A stretch of DNA of 64,000 bases from Armatimonadota bacterium (GTDB lineage: Bacteria; Armatimonadota; UBA5829). The notes beneath the pieces were generated by a model. That model had not been told where the DNA came from. It made no database searches and saw only the letters and a list, made by a program, of their open reading frames with translations. A program made the position numbers and the translations under genes. The DNA lies in the NCBI GenBank assembly GCA_039679645.1, contig JBDKUO010000067.1, positions 28,208 through 92,207 of the forward strand, written 5' to 3'. Shown here piece after piece: positions 36,029 to 45,727 of this stretch (positions within the stretch are counted from its first letter, which is position 1; every line of letters begins with the position of its first letter).

Positions 36029-38959
36029 ATGATGGGTGATCTGGGCCTGGGGATAATTGTCACCTTGAAGGATGCATTCAGCCGTAATGCTGCACGGGTG
36101 CAGTCATCGATGCAGTCTCTGGATGCATCCGTCGAAGCTGCAAGTGAGAATATGACACGCAATATGGGCTTCATCGAAAAGGGAACTATGATGATCGGGG
36201 CGGGTCTTGCGCTGCTCGCACTTCCCGCTGGTCTTGTTGCATCGACCGCAGCAACTCAAAAGGCTCTGGGTGAACTTGCATCCGTTGGCGTCAGAGATTT
36301 CAGAGCGATGGAAGATGCAGCCGAATCGTTTACTAACAAGTGGTCAGGGACTCAGAAAGCCGAGTTCATATCGGCGGCATATGATGTGAAGTCAGCGCTG
36401 TCGAACTTGAGTGATGAAGCAGTAGGCATATTTGCGTCAATGGCTGCGCTGACTGCCAAAGCGACCAAAGCCACAACCCAGGAGATGGTCGGGACATTCA
36501 CCACGGCATACGGCATCTTTAAGCCTATGATGGCCGACATGTCCGATATGGACTGGGCGAAAATGTTTTCCGGTGCTCTTTCCCAGACTGTAGCATCATT
36601 CAAGACCACCGGCCCCCAGATGGCGGAGGCAATAAAGAACATCGGTGCGATTGCGGCAGCATCCAATGTGCCTTTGCAGGAACAGCTTGCAATACTCGGA
36701 CAGCTTCAGACTACTATGCCTGGTTCTGAGGCAGGAACACTATACAAAGCGTTTATGATGAAAGTCGCCGAGGCAGGGGACGAACTGGGCCTCAGCTTTG
36801 TAGATGCAAGTGGCACACTCAAGGGGATTGTGCCGATACTTCAGGAACTCAAGACCAGGTTCCCAGACCTGTCGCAGGCTGCAGCACAGGTAAAGCTCAA
36901 GAAAGCATTCGGGTCCGATGAGGCTGTGCGGTTCCTGCTGCAGATGTCGGCAGGTATGGGCCAACTCGAAAGCAATATCCACACTGTCGAGGAGGCGATG
37001 GAATCCGGCACCGTGGTGACCGAGAAAATGGCGCAGGCAATGAATATAGATATCGGTTCGCAGTACGGACTCATACGCCAGCAGTTCACGAATCTTCTGG
37101 AGATTCTCGGACGCACATTTCTGCCGGTAGTGCTGCCGATTATGCATGGAGTTTCAATGTTTATTTTGTATCTTCAGAACCTGGCGAGGTCCGCTCCAGG
37201 CGTGACACGCGTAATGCTGACACTATGCGCCGTGCTGGGTCTGCTGCTGGTGGCAGTTGGAAGTGTTGTATCCGTGATAGGGACAGTTGGATTACTGCTT
37301 CCGGCTGTCCAGGCTGGAATTGCCGCGATAGGGCCGGTTTTCGCCGGAGTCTGTGCGGCGATATCCGCGTCGTTCTGGCCGGTGGTTGCCGTAATAGCAG
37401 CCGTTGTACTTGCAATCGTGTTGTTGAAGCGTGCATGGGAGACCAACTTCGCCGGTATCAGGACTGTGGTTCTCGGTACGTGGAGCAAAGTAAGTCTTGT
37501 ATTTCAAGGCGTTCTGGCTCTAATCGGCTCACTTCGGAATGGTGCAGGTCAGATGTCTGCGGATCTTGCCCAAAAGCTTCAAGCCGAAGGATTGATGGGG
37601 TTCGTGACCACTGTTTTCCAGGTCTATTTCCGCGTGCGGCAGTTTCTTACTGGACTGTGGCAGGCGTTCTCATCGGCGTTTAGCAAGGTTCGCGCGATTC
37701 TTGAGCCTGCGGTACGCGTCCTGATCGGTGCCTTTTCCGAACTTGGAAAGGCTCTGTTTTCTGTCTTTGGCGCTTTTGGAAAAGCCGGAACTGCTGTGAA
37801 TGCATCGTCGTTCCAGAATGTTGGAGTCGTACTCGGCAGGATTCTCGGAGTGATAGTGCAGATTACAGCCTATGTTTTGAAGTTCGTTATTTCCCCGCTT
37901 GTGTTCATCATCAGGACTGTGGCCCTGGTTGTGCGGGCTGTCGTGTGGCTTGGTCGAACCATTGTTAGTGCATTTATTGCCGCTGCGCCGGTGGTCTACA
38001 AGTTCTATCTGCCGCTTCGGATGCTGGTGCAGGGACTCCTGATGGTCGGCCGGGTTGCATGGTCGGTATGGCAAATACTTACTGGTCAAATATCAGTGGT
38101 CGATGGCCTGAAATCCATCGGCAGCGCAATTTATCAGTTTCTCACGACTCCATTTCTATGGGTTCGGGACGTGGCATCATCTTTGTGGACGGCGATTCAA
38201 AGCGGGGCGGCAACGACAATGGGTGCACTCAGGACATTCTTTGGTGGCATTGTCGGCTCAGCATCCACAGCATGGATATCTATTCGTGGCGCGGCCGTGA
38301 GCGCTTTTGCCAATATAGTCAGTGGTCTGCGCAGCTTGGTTACGAACGCATTCCAAAGCGGACGGTCCATTATGACCGCTGTAGCTTCAGGAATCCGCAG
38401 TGCGATCACCGCGCCGTATGAAGCTGCGAAATCGGCACTTGCGAAAATAAGAAGACTGCTGCCGCACTCGGATGCTTTGGAAGGGCCTCTTTCCACACTT
38501 ACGAGAAGTGGATCGGCGATGTTGGAAGCATTCAGCTCAGGGATCTCAAAGGCATCCAGTTTGCCATCGCAGGCTTTGCAGCAGGCATTTGAGTTTGCAA
38601 GGTCGGCTGCACTGCCAACGGCAATTGCTGGAACTATGGCTCTCACACCGTCTATTGCTGGTGCTGTGCCCGAATCGCACATGCCAGTGGCTGTTACTCA
38701 CAGAGAAAGTGGAGCGATGAACACCAGGCAGGCGACGTTACTTTCCGGCGTGCGTGGAACATCCGGCTTTGGTCGGAATGCGGATTACGACGCTCAGAAC
38801 CTGCAGCCATTACTTCAGGCTATCCTGGCAAAGTTGGATGCTTTGGGTGACAGGCCAATAGATGTCTCGGTGACTACGAATCTTGACGGCCGAAAGATAG
38901 CTCAGGCTGTTTACAACGACATTCGCGATAGAAAGGTCAGGAATTATGAGCAAGCCTGA
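36029..38959 (+). CDS. Tail tape measure protein
   Basis: 976 aa, long helical N-part, multiple hydrophobic segments, Ala/Gly-rich repeats; follows chaperone pair. Confidence 0.8.
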   Translation: MMGDLGLGIIVTLKDAFSRNAARVQSSMQSLDASVEAASENMTRNMGFIEKGTMMIGAGLALLALPAGLVASTAATQKALGELASVGVRDFRAMEDAAESFTNKWSGTQKAEFISAAYDVKSALSNLSDEAVGIFASMAALTAKATKATTQEMVGTFTTAYGIFKPMMADMSDMDWAKMFSGALSQTVASFKTTGPQMAEAIKNIGAIAAASNVPLQEQLAILGQLQTTMPGSEAGTLYKAFMMKVAEAGDELGLSFVDASGTLKGIVPILQELKTRFPDLSQAAAQVKLKKAFGSDEAVRFLLQMSAGMGQLESNIHTVEEAMESGTVVTEKMAQAMNIDIGSQYGLIRQQFTNLLEILGRTFLPVVLPIMHGVSMFILYLQNLARSAPGVTRVMLTLCAVLGLLLVAVGSVVSVIGTVGLLLPAVQAGIAAIGPVFAGVCAAISASFWPVVAVIAAVVLAIVLLKRAWETNFAGIRTVVLGTWSKVSLVFQGVLALIGSLRNGAGQMSADLAQKLQAEGLMGFVTTVFQVYFRVRQFLTGLWQAFSSAFSKVRAILEPAVRVLIGAFSELGKALFSVFGAFGKAGTAVNASSFQNVGVVLGRILGVIVQITAYVLKFVISPLVFIIRTVALVVRAVVWLGRTIVSAFIAAAPVVYKFYLPLRMLVQGLLMVGRVAWSVWQILTGQISVVDGLKSIGSAIYQFLTTPFLWVRDVASSLWTAIQSGAATTMGALRTFFGGIVGSASTAWISIRGAAVSAFANIVSGLRSLVTNAFQSGRSIMTAVASGIRSAITAPYEAAKSALAKIRRLLPHSDALEGPLSTLTRSGSAMLEAFSSGISKASSLPSQALQQAFEFARSAALPTAIAGTMALTPSIAGAVPESHMPVAVTHRESGAMNTRQATLLSGVRGTSGFGRNADYDAQNLQPLLQAILAKLDALGDRPIDVSVTTNLDGRKIAQAVYNDIRDRKVRNYEQA

Positions 38960-38968
38960 ACTTAAGCC

Positions 38969-39436
38969 GTGAGTTCCGAGTTGAGGAAGATAACGGGCTA
39001 TCTGGTTGATGTGGTAACCCGGGAGTCTCTGGAGTTTCAGTATAACCCGGACGATATCACTGACGAGAAGAGCACGGATTTCGCAACGATAAAGATTCCT
39101 GGGATGAGCCACCCGAGGTACCAGTTTGTTTCCGGCGAGGCAAGGAAGATTGCATTCACTGTTGTGTTTTTCAAAGGTTCGGTGAAACAGAAAGTCGCCT
39201 GGCTGCAGTCACTTTTGTATCCGCAGCACGACAAGACGATACTCAAAAGCGCGCCGCATAAGGTGCTGTTCTTTCTGGGTGACTTGTATCCCGGTGTGCT
39301 TTGCATTGTGCGAAGCGTCCGCGCCAGATACTCATATATGTTCGACGAGAATAGCCTGCTGCCGCAGCATGCCGAGGTAGAGATGCAGTTGGAAGAGGTT
39401 GTGGTCAAATCGGTGAGTTATAGCGAGGTTCGATGA
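38969..39436 (+). CDS. Hypothetical tail protein
   Basis: Position after tape measure. Confidence 0.3.
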   Translation: MSSELRKITGYLVDVVTRESLEFQYNPDDITDEKSTDFATIKIPGMSHPRYQFVSGEARKIAFTVVFFKGSVKQKVAWLQSLLYPQHDKTILKSAPHKVLFFLGDLYPGVLCIVRSVRARYSYMFDENSLLPQHAEVEMQLEEVVVKSVSYSEVR

Positions 39437-39726
39437 TGATTGGTGTGGATTCCCGATATGCCGGTTGCGTGCTCTATGTCGACGGCAGCGATGAGTATAT
39501 CGGCAGCAGGGAGCGTATAGACGCAGCGGCCCAGCCGGATGATATCTTTCACACCGTAGTCGAGGGCGACCGTGTCGACCTCATTGCTCACAGATATTAC
39601 GGACGGGCGGAGTTGTGGTGGGTCATCTGCGATTACAACGACATTTTCTTTCCGTTGGCGATTGATGCAGGGACTGTGCTGAGATTACCTTCTGTTGAGC
39701 AGGTGGAGATGAGAGTACTGAGCTAA
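39433..39726 (+). CDS. LysM-like tail protein X (P2 gpX-like)
   Basis: HTVVEGDRVDLIAHRYYGRAELWWVICDYNDI...GTVLRLP LysM-like motif; 97 aa. Confidence 0.6.
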   Translation: MMIGVDSRYAGCVLYVDGSDEYIGSRERIDAAAQPDDIFHTVVEGDRVDLIAHRYYGRAELWWVICDYNDIFFPLAIDAGTVLRLPSVEQVEMRVLS

Positions 39727-39992
39727 TCATAGACTTCTCGTCTGTGTCGAACACGGGTTATTATGATCTGGCGTGAGGCATCATCGACATTATACACAAC
39801 GCGGTAAACGCCGACACGGACGCGGTAAAGGCTCCCTCCTCCTTTGAGTTTGAGAGAACCTCTCGGACGAGGATCATAGCACAAGGAATCGATAGTCTTA
39901 ATTACACGCTGCTTGACATCTGAAGGAAGGGAGCGGATTTCTTTGGCCACGGCCTCACGAACTACTATCAGGTATTCAGGCTTGTTGGGCAT
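39723..39992 (-). CDS. RelE/ParE family toxin
   Basis: LYRVRVGVYRVVYNVDDASRQIIITRVRHRREVY typical RelE/ParE C-terminal pattern; 89 aa. Confidence 0.7.
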   Translation of the reverse strand: MPNKPEYLIVVREAVAKEIRSLPSDVKQRVIKTIDSLCYDPRPRGSLKLKGGGSLYRVRVGVYRVVYNVDDASRQIIITRVRHRREVYD

Positions 39993-40167
39993 TCTCGTTT
40001 TCCAACTCGGCCTTCAGCGTTTCCCAGGGAATTGTGGGTTCATCCTTGCGAGATTCGGAGACTATGACGTCCTGGAAGTCTTCCCAAAGCTTGCCCCAGT
40101 TTCCGAGGTCTATCATAACGGCTTTTTTCTTGCCGCTGTCATCGATAAGGTAGCTTATGCCGCGCAT
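39976..40167 (-). CDS. Putative antitoxin of RelE/ParE pair
   Basis: 63-aa ORF overlapping toxin start by 17 nt, upstream position. Confidence 0.45.
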   Translation of the reverse strand: MRGISYLIDDSGKKKAVMIDLGNWGKLWEDFQDVIVSESRKDEPTIPWETLKAELENENAQQA

Positions 40168-40226
40168 AGGCGAGCCTCCTTTGATTCGGTAATTACACTA
40201 CCATTATAGCCTATTTCGCAGAGCAA

Positions 40227-41552
40227 ATGAACAACGACATTTACCAACCAACATTCCTTGTAGAAATCGAGGGCCACAGGCTCTCGAAAGACATAACGCA
40301 CGAGATAACCTCTTTTGTCTTTGAGGACAACGAAGAAGAGATGGATATGATGGAGATCGCAGTAACGGACAGAAACCTGCAGTTTGTGGATGATCCACTG
40401 TTTCAGGAGGGCAACGAGATTGTTGCCCGCTTTGGTTATGCCGGTGATCTATCCGGCCTAAGAATCGCCGTCATAAAGGAAATAGAATACGACTTTCCGG
40501 ATGGTGGTGACCCTACAATCCAGCTTAAGGCATATGATAAGGGTCATAAACTGGCCGGCAAACAGATTCAGCGGGTCTGGCAAAAGGCTGCTCCAGGTAT
40601 TCTTTTTTCGGAGATCGCCGAGCAGATTGCCGGTGAACACGGCTTGACTCCCGTAGTGACAAAGACTATCGGCAGACATTTGCGAGTAGCACAGGGGAGT
40701 TTGTCCGACGCGCAGTTCCTGAAACAACTGGCAGCAAAGAGTCGCGATAGGGATGGGAAAGGAGCGGCAGGCTATGTTTTCTATGTTCAGGATAATGAAC
40801 TTCACTTTCATCCCAGACACCTCGAAAAGAGGCCCGCCCTGATATTGGAGTATTTCGCTGACCGTGAAGGAGTGCTGCGTTCGTTCAAACCGTCGACTCA
40901 ATCGCAGGGTGTAAAAGGAGCAGGCACGGAGACTAAAGTGGTGGGAGTCGACCCTCGGAAGAAAGGCCGAATCGAGCATGTTGCCAATAATACAAGCACT
41001 TCTGACAGGACATCACTCGGCGGGAAAACATACCTTGTGGACGGAAATTCCGGTGACAGCAAATATCGCAAGCAGGAATCAGGCAAAATTGTTCCAAGCT
41101 GCGACCGATCCGAGAGTTTCCACGAGGAACCGCACCAGGAACCGGCGCAGGATATGGCCGAGAGCCGGTTCAAGGAGGCTGAACTCAGACAAGTCGAAGC
41201 TACCGCCGTGACAATCGGCATCCCCACTTTGGTCGCAAAGCAGAACATAGAAGTTCGCGGTGTCGGTCGAAAATTCTCCGGTGTATATTACTGCACATCT
41301 GTGCGCCACATTTTTAGCGGCGGCTATTCCTGTGAACTAAAACTCAAACGAAACGCTCTCGGCAAGGGTGCCGGTGCAAAATCGGTTGACTCTGGCGGCA
41401 AGAAGAATGAACTTGCAGCACCCAGGCAGCCCAAACGAGCCGTGGCAAAAGGAGGCAAACAGACCAGACAGCCGACTGCCCCGCAGCCGGTGAAGCCGAG
41501 GCCAAAAATGGTGAAAGTGAACGCAAATACTGGCCAGATCATTAAGAGCTGA
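40227..41552 (+). CDS. Late control protein D-like (P2 gpD / baseplate hub family) with Lys/Pro-rich C-terminal tail
   Basis: 441 aa; N-terminal YQPTFLVEIEG...; size and position before spike gene. Confidence 0.6.
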   Translation: MNNDIYQPTFLVEIEGHRLSKDITHEITSFVFEDNEEEMDMMEIAVTDRNLQFVDDPLFQEGNEIVARFGYAGDLSGLRIAVIKEIEYDFPDGGDPTIQLKAYDKGHKLAGKQIQRVWQKAAPGILFSEIAEQIAGEHGLTPVVTKTIGRHLRVAQGSLSDAQFLKQLAAKSRDRDGKGAAGYVFYVQDNELHFHPRHLEKRPALILEYFADREGVLRSFKPSTQSQGVKGAGTETKVVGVDPRKKGRIEHVANNTSTSDRTSLGGKTYLVDGNSGDSKYRKQESGKIVPSCDRSESFHEEPHQEPAQDMAESRFKEAELRQVEATAVTIGIPTLVAKQNIEVRGVGRKFSGVYYCTSVRHIFSGGYSCELKLKRNALGKGAGAKSVDSGGKKNELAAPRQPKRAVAKGGKQTRQPTAPQPVKPRPKMVKVNANTGQIIKS

Positions 41553-41572
41553 CGATTGGAGAAGCGGAAAAG

Positions 41573-41875
41573 ATGAACGATGTTTACAGACTCATAGTTG
41601 AAAACAAAGATGTGCTCATTACATTTGTTGTCGCGCTCGTGGCGGTGATAAAGCTCACGGCCTGGGGCAAAGCTCGGGCTGCCGCACTCGACACGGTGGT
41701 TGGAATTATAGAGAAACTCGGCGCAGGCAGCGTAAAACTTGGCGTTGCTACATCTATGGTCAAATTGTCCGAAGGCGCTCAGGATGCAATCACTGATTCC
41801 GTGGCCAAGGCCGACCCTAAGAAGACGCAGCCGAATATCATCATTCGGTTTCTGCGAGAACTCTTCAGGTTATAG
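41573..41875 (+). CDS. Hypothetical small protein
   Basis: ORF only. Confidence 0.25.
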   Translation: MNDVYRLIVENKDVLITFVVALVAVIKLTAWGKARAAALDTVVGIIEKLGAGSVKLGVATSMVKLSEGAQDAITDSVAKADPKKTQPNIIIRFLRELFRL

Positions 41876-41878
41876 GCA

Positions 41879-42556
41879 ATGCTCCCATTCGAGGACGAGG
41901 AACACAAAGATCGCTACGCCGGAAAGTGGTACGGCAAGTACAGGGCATTTGTCAGAGACCATCATGATCCAGAACGATTGGGCAGGTGCAGACTGGAAAT
42001 TCCGGCAGTGCTTGGTGTGGGTGAGGAGAACTGGTCTGACTGGGCGTCGCCATGCTTTCCCTATGGCGGAACCGACAACTGTGGCATGTTCCTCGTCCCT
42101 GAAGAAGGTGCATCGGTATGGGCTGAGTTCGAAGGCGGCGACGCGCAATTTCCAATATGGTCCGGTGTATGGCTTGCCGGGAGCAATCCCGGCGAGCAGC
42201 CTGATGAGTCAAAACGTCTATGCGATTCGGATATGTGCGCGGATTGCGGGGATATGACGGATCATGCGTCGAATCGGACAGATAATCTGGAGCATGCCAA
42301 GTTCCACGGCCACCCGCCGTTCTACTGCCCAAAGATGAAAGTGCTTGCCAAGACGCCGCTGGGTCACACGATACTGCTGGATGATAAAGACGATACAGCC
42401 TGTGTGCGAATTATAGATTCGTCTGGCCAGTCCATAACCTTGGAATCTGGCCGAAGAGTACAAATCGCCGACAAGGCTGGTAGCACCATTACGATGGATG
42501 CCGTGTCTGGTGATATCACAATCATATCTGCAGGTAATGTCCTGATTAACCCGTGA
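41879..42556 (+). CDS. Baseplate spike protein (gpV / gp5-like)
   Basis: GRCRLEIPAV...ENWSDWASPCFPYGG...VPEEGASVWAEFEGGD...PIWSG, gpV/VgrG OB-fold signature. Confidence 0.7.
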   Translation: MLPFEDEEHKDRYAGKWYGKYRAFVRDHHDPERLGRCRLEIPAVLGVGEENWSDWASPCFPYGGTDNCGMFLVPEEGASVWAEFEGGDAQFPIWSGVWLAGSNPGEQPDESKRLCDSDMCADCGDMTDHASNRTDNLEHAKFHGHPPFYCPKMKVLAKTPLGHTILLDDKDDTACVRIIDSSGQSITLESGRRVQIADKAGSTITMDAVSGDITIISAGNVLINP

Positions 42557-42565
42557 GGTAATGAC

Positions 42566-42940
42566 ATGAACGAGAATGAATGCAAAGGTCCGTCGGGCTG
42601 CGGTTGGGTGGAGAGCGAGCGATTACTCGCCCAGACATTCGACAAATGGCGTGCCGAGTTTCGGGAGATCCTTGAAAACCATCGGCGTGACATTCAGGAT
42701 CGCTTGGAGGCCATCGAGCGGCGAATCGAGACCAAGTCGGATAGAGAGTCGGTAGACATCCTGGTTCGCGGTCTCAACGATGATCTCACCCGTCACGCTG
42801 AAGAAATACGCTCCCTCAAGTCTGAGGTCAAAACCAAAGTCAGCAGCGATACTCTGTGGAAGACTGCCGGGGTCGTAATTGCGCTGGGTGGAGTCATCAG
42901 CGGGATAGTGAGTGCTATTATAAGCCACTTCGGGAGGTAG
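42566..42940 (+). CDS. Hypothetical protein with C-terminal transmembrane helix
   Basis: C-terminus WKTAGVVIALGGVISGIVSAIISHF. Confidence 0.3.
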   Translation: MNENECKGPSGCGWVESERLLAQTFDKWRAEFREILENHRRDIQDRLEAIERRIETKSDRESVDILVRGLNDDLTRHAEEIRSLKSEVKTKVSSDTLWKTAGVVIALGGVISGIVSAIISHFGR

Positions 42941-42942
42941 AT

Positions 42943-43203
42943 ATGACAAGTTCAATTGCGCGGTTGGGCGACGGATCTGACCACAATGGAGTCATCATCA
43001 CCGCAGCAAGCCGCACGTTCATAAATGGGAAACCGGCTGCGCGCAAAGGTGACTTGCACTCTTGCCCGATGCACGGGATAACACCCATTATTTCCGGCAG
43101 CGACCGGCTCCTCATAGAAGGTCAGCCAGCCGCACGCGTGGGCGACTCGGCTGCATGCGGGGCAGTAATAACCTCCGGCAGTCCGGATACCAGTGCCGGT
43201 TAG
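42943..43203 (+). CDS. PAAR-repeat spike tip protein
   Basis: ARLGDGSDHNGVIITAASRTFINGKPAARKGDLHSCPMHGITPII...GQPAARVGDSAACGAVI. Confidence 0.8.
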   Translation: MTSSIARLGDGSDHNGVIITAASRTFINGKPAARKGDLHSCPMHGITPIISGSDRLLIEGQPAARVGDSAACGAVITSGSPDTSAG

Positions 43204-43220
43204 CATGAAAGGATAATAGA

Positions 43221-43811
43221 TTGTCCATACATTTATATATAGACGCGCAGCTTTCGCAACAGATTTCAGAGGGCGATCTGACAAATCCCGATTCCGATAC
43301 GTTCGATGGCTCGAACGGAGATAATAAAGATCGCCAGCTTTTTGTGGCAAACGAGCAGACAACTCTTGCCGAAGTATTGGATGCTGTTCAGTCAGCGATG
43401 GTTCTGGCAGTTCCACGCTTTAGTGACGGTGAAGTGATTATGATTGACTCGGAAGAAATGCGAGTCGTCTCTGGCGGAGGAACTACAACATTAATGGTCC
43501 AGCGTGCGCTCTACGGAACCCAGCCAGCGGCTCATGCGCAGGATGCGATAGTCTACAGCGCATGCAATTATTCCAGCCTGTTATTGGAACCGGTCGATAC
43601 CTCTGGAACAGACGAGTCCTCCTGGTGCAAACTGGCATTGACACAGGCCGGACTGGATGCAGCCGTGCCGGGTGGGGGTATTTTTCTGAGCGACAAAAGC
43701 TTCAACGAAACCATATCATTTTGGCGTCGGATCAGCGTCCCTGCAGGCATAAGCGCTCAGAAAAAGACGGACATCAAACTCAGGCTGACCGGGACAATGA
43801 GCCTGGCGTAA
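43221..43811 (+). CDS. Hypothetical baseplate/tail protein
   Basis: Position only. Confidence 0.3.
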   Translation: MSIHLYIDAQLSQQISEGDLTNPDSDTFDGSNGDNKDRQLFVANEQTTLAEVLDAVQSAMVLAVPRFSDGEVIMIDSEEMRVVSGGGTTTLMVQRALYGTQPAAHAQDAIVYSACNYSSLLLEPVDTSGTDESSWCKLALTQAGLDAAVPGGGIFLSDKSFNETISFWRRISVPAGISAQKKTDIKLRLTGTMSLA

Positions 43812-43826
43812 TCGAGGAGAAAAACT

Positions 43827-44813
43827 TTGGCAAATCACAGTTCATATCAGACGGCGAGCAATACCGCCGACCTGCTTGCAAAACTCAAGGATTTTTTAAC
43901 GAATACTTGCGGGTGGACCCTGCACGACGACGGCATGGGTCAGGCGCAGCCCTACTTCGTCGCATACTCAGCCGGAGAGTCAGGACAGGAAGATATATAT
44001 CTGCAGTTTATCGATGACTCCAGCACAAACATGATCTCCATCCGAGGAGCGCTTTACTGGGACGCAGCCAGTCATACAGCAGTGAAACCCGTTTATTCCG
44101 CATCGAACACCGGAATCGTCACGTCAGACTCTGCATCTTTCAACTGTTGGTTGTTTGGAAGTCTCGACAGAGTGTTTATCGTGACACGGATCGGCGCAAT
44201 TTACAACCCTCATTACAGCGGGCTTATCAAGCGATTCTGGTCGGAGCAGATTGCCGTAACACAGGAAGCAGCAGGAGTCGGAAGCGACATCACTGTTTCG
44301 GTAAATGACGCGTCGATTCTCACGCCCGGCAAGTATTATATTATAAAAGACAACACCAACATCACGCGGGTTCAGATCACTGCAACGGACCTGGTTTCCA
44401 ATCCAAACACAGTTACGATAGCCAATCTTTCGGCCGGTTACTCGGCAGGTGCAAAGATCGGGGAGGATCCGCAGCCCGTGATTATCGGCTACAGCAATCT
44501 GCCAGGCTGCCTTCTGCTGAACCGATATGATGGGTATGCCGGGCAATCGACCCACGTAGCATACGCCCGCGACTTTCAAAATTATCAGCTAAACAACTCT
44601 GACCCCGACAATAGATACGGCATGGTTGCAATGTTCCCGGTCTTCGTGACTTGTGAGGCGTCTAATTACAACGAACTGCGCGGTGAACTCATCGAGGTGT
44701 ACTGCATTGGGCCGGGCGCTGGAGCGTCCGAGGATGTCATAGACCTTGGAACATCTACTTATAAGATGTTCAACAACTCAGGCGGCAGCAGTTGGCTTGC
44801 AGTAAAAGAGTAG
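43827..44813 (+). CDS. Hypothetical structural protein
   Basis: Position only. Confidence 0.3.
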   Translation: MANHSSYQTASNTADLLAKLKDFLTNTCGWTLHDDGMGQAQPYFVAYSAGESGQEDIYLQFIDDSSTNMISIRGALYWDAASHTAVKPVYSASNTGIVTSDSASFNCWLFGSLDRVFIVTRIGAIYNPHYSGLIKRFWSEQIAVTQEAAGVGSDITVSVNDASILTPGKYYIIKDNTNITRVQITATDLVSNPNTVTIANLSAGYSAGAKIGEDPQPVIIGYSNLPGCLLLNRYDGYAGQSTHVAYARDFQNYQLNNSDPDNRYGMVAMFPVFVTCEASNYNELRGELIEVYCIGPGAGASEDVIDLGTSTYKMFNNSGGSSWLAVKE

Positions 44814-44935
44814 CGATATGGCAGCAAAACCCGGTAAACCTGTCAAAGTCTCTATCCCACGCGGCGCGTATGGTGTTCGTCAAAAGCTCTTTATACACAA
44901 TGGCAAAGCCATAAAGCTGAAAGGAATCATTTGGC

Positions 44936-45724
44936 GTGGCAACGCATAATGGCAAAAAGGCGGCTGTCCAAACTGCTGCAGGGGCTGTTACCCCCAGATT
45001 TCGATTTGCGGGGCTGCACAAGCCTGGAGTGCTCTACACATTTGAGGAAGCCGCAGGCGACGAGTTCGGCGTTCTTGGGGACATCTCGATTTTCGTTGCA
45101 GGCGGACACAGTACAGACTCGGATGTGCGCGTTGACGTGACTAACGCTGTGGTGATTGATGCTGACCTTGAGTTCACGATCACAAACGCTTTTGCCGCTC
45201 TTTGCGATCTGGAACTCATAGTAACAGAGCCGCTCACGATTACTGCCGATGTATCAATTCTGGTCATGTGGCCTGCAACTTCAAACGGCGGCGGTTCTAC
45301 AGGCGAGACCAATAATCCGGCATTGGAGTTTCTTGGCAAGGGTCTGAAGTATCCGTTCACTTTTCAGAAGCGGTCCGGCGGTGCACAGATATCGACCGCG
45401 ACATCATCAGATCACGCTCACATTCATGAGAGCATCCGACAGATACTTGGTACAAAAAAAGGCGAGCGGTTTATGAGACCTGACTTTGGAACTCGCCTTC
45501 ACGAACTGGTTTTCGAGCCAAATGACCAGCTCCTGTATGGTCTCATTCGACATGATGTTATCGAGGCTCTGTATGCATGGGAGCCGAGGATTATTGTCAC
45601 CGATGTTACTGTAGCAGCCGATGGCAGTGATGAGCACTTGGTGATTGTAAATATCAGTTACAGGCTTATATCTTCGCAGGTCGAGGGAAATATGGTCATC
45701 CCCTTCTGGCGCGAATTGGAGTAA
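44936..45724 (+). CDS. Baseplate wedge protein (GpW / gp25-like) with N-terminal extension
   Basis: C-terminal GERFMRPDFGTRLHELVFEPND...LYAWEPRIIVTDVTV matches gp25/GpW signature. Confidence 0.65.
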   Translation: MATHNGKKAAVQTAAGAVTPRFRFAGLHKPGVLYTFEEAAGDEFGVLGDISIFVAGGHSTDSDVRVDVTNAVVIDADLEFTITNAFAALCDLELIVTEPLTITADVSILVMWPATSNGGGSTGETNNPALEFLGKGLKYPFTFQKRSGGAQISTATSSDHAHIHESIRQILGTKKGERFMRPDFGTRLHELVFEPNDQLLYGLIRHDVIEALYAWEPRIIVTDVTVAADGSDEHLVIVNISYRLISSQVEGNMVIPFWRELE

Positions 45725-45727
45725 AGT

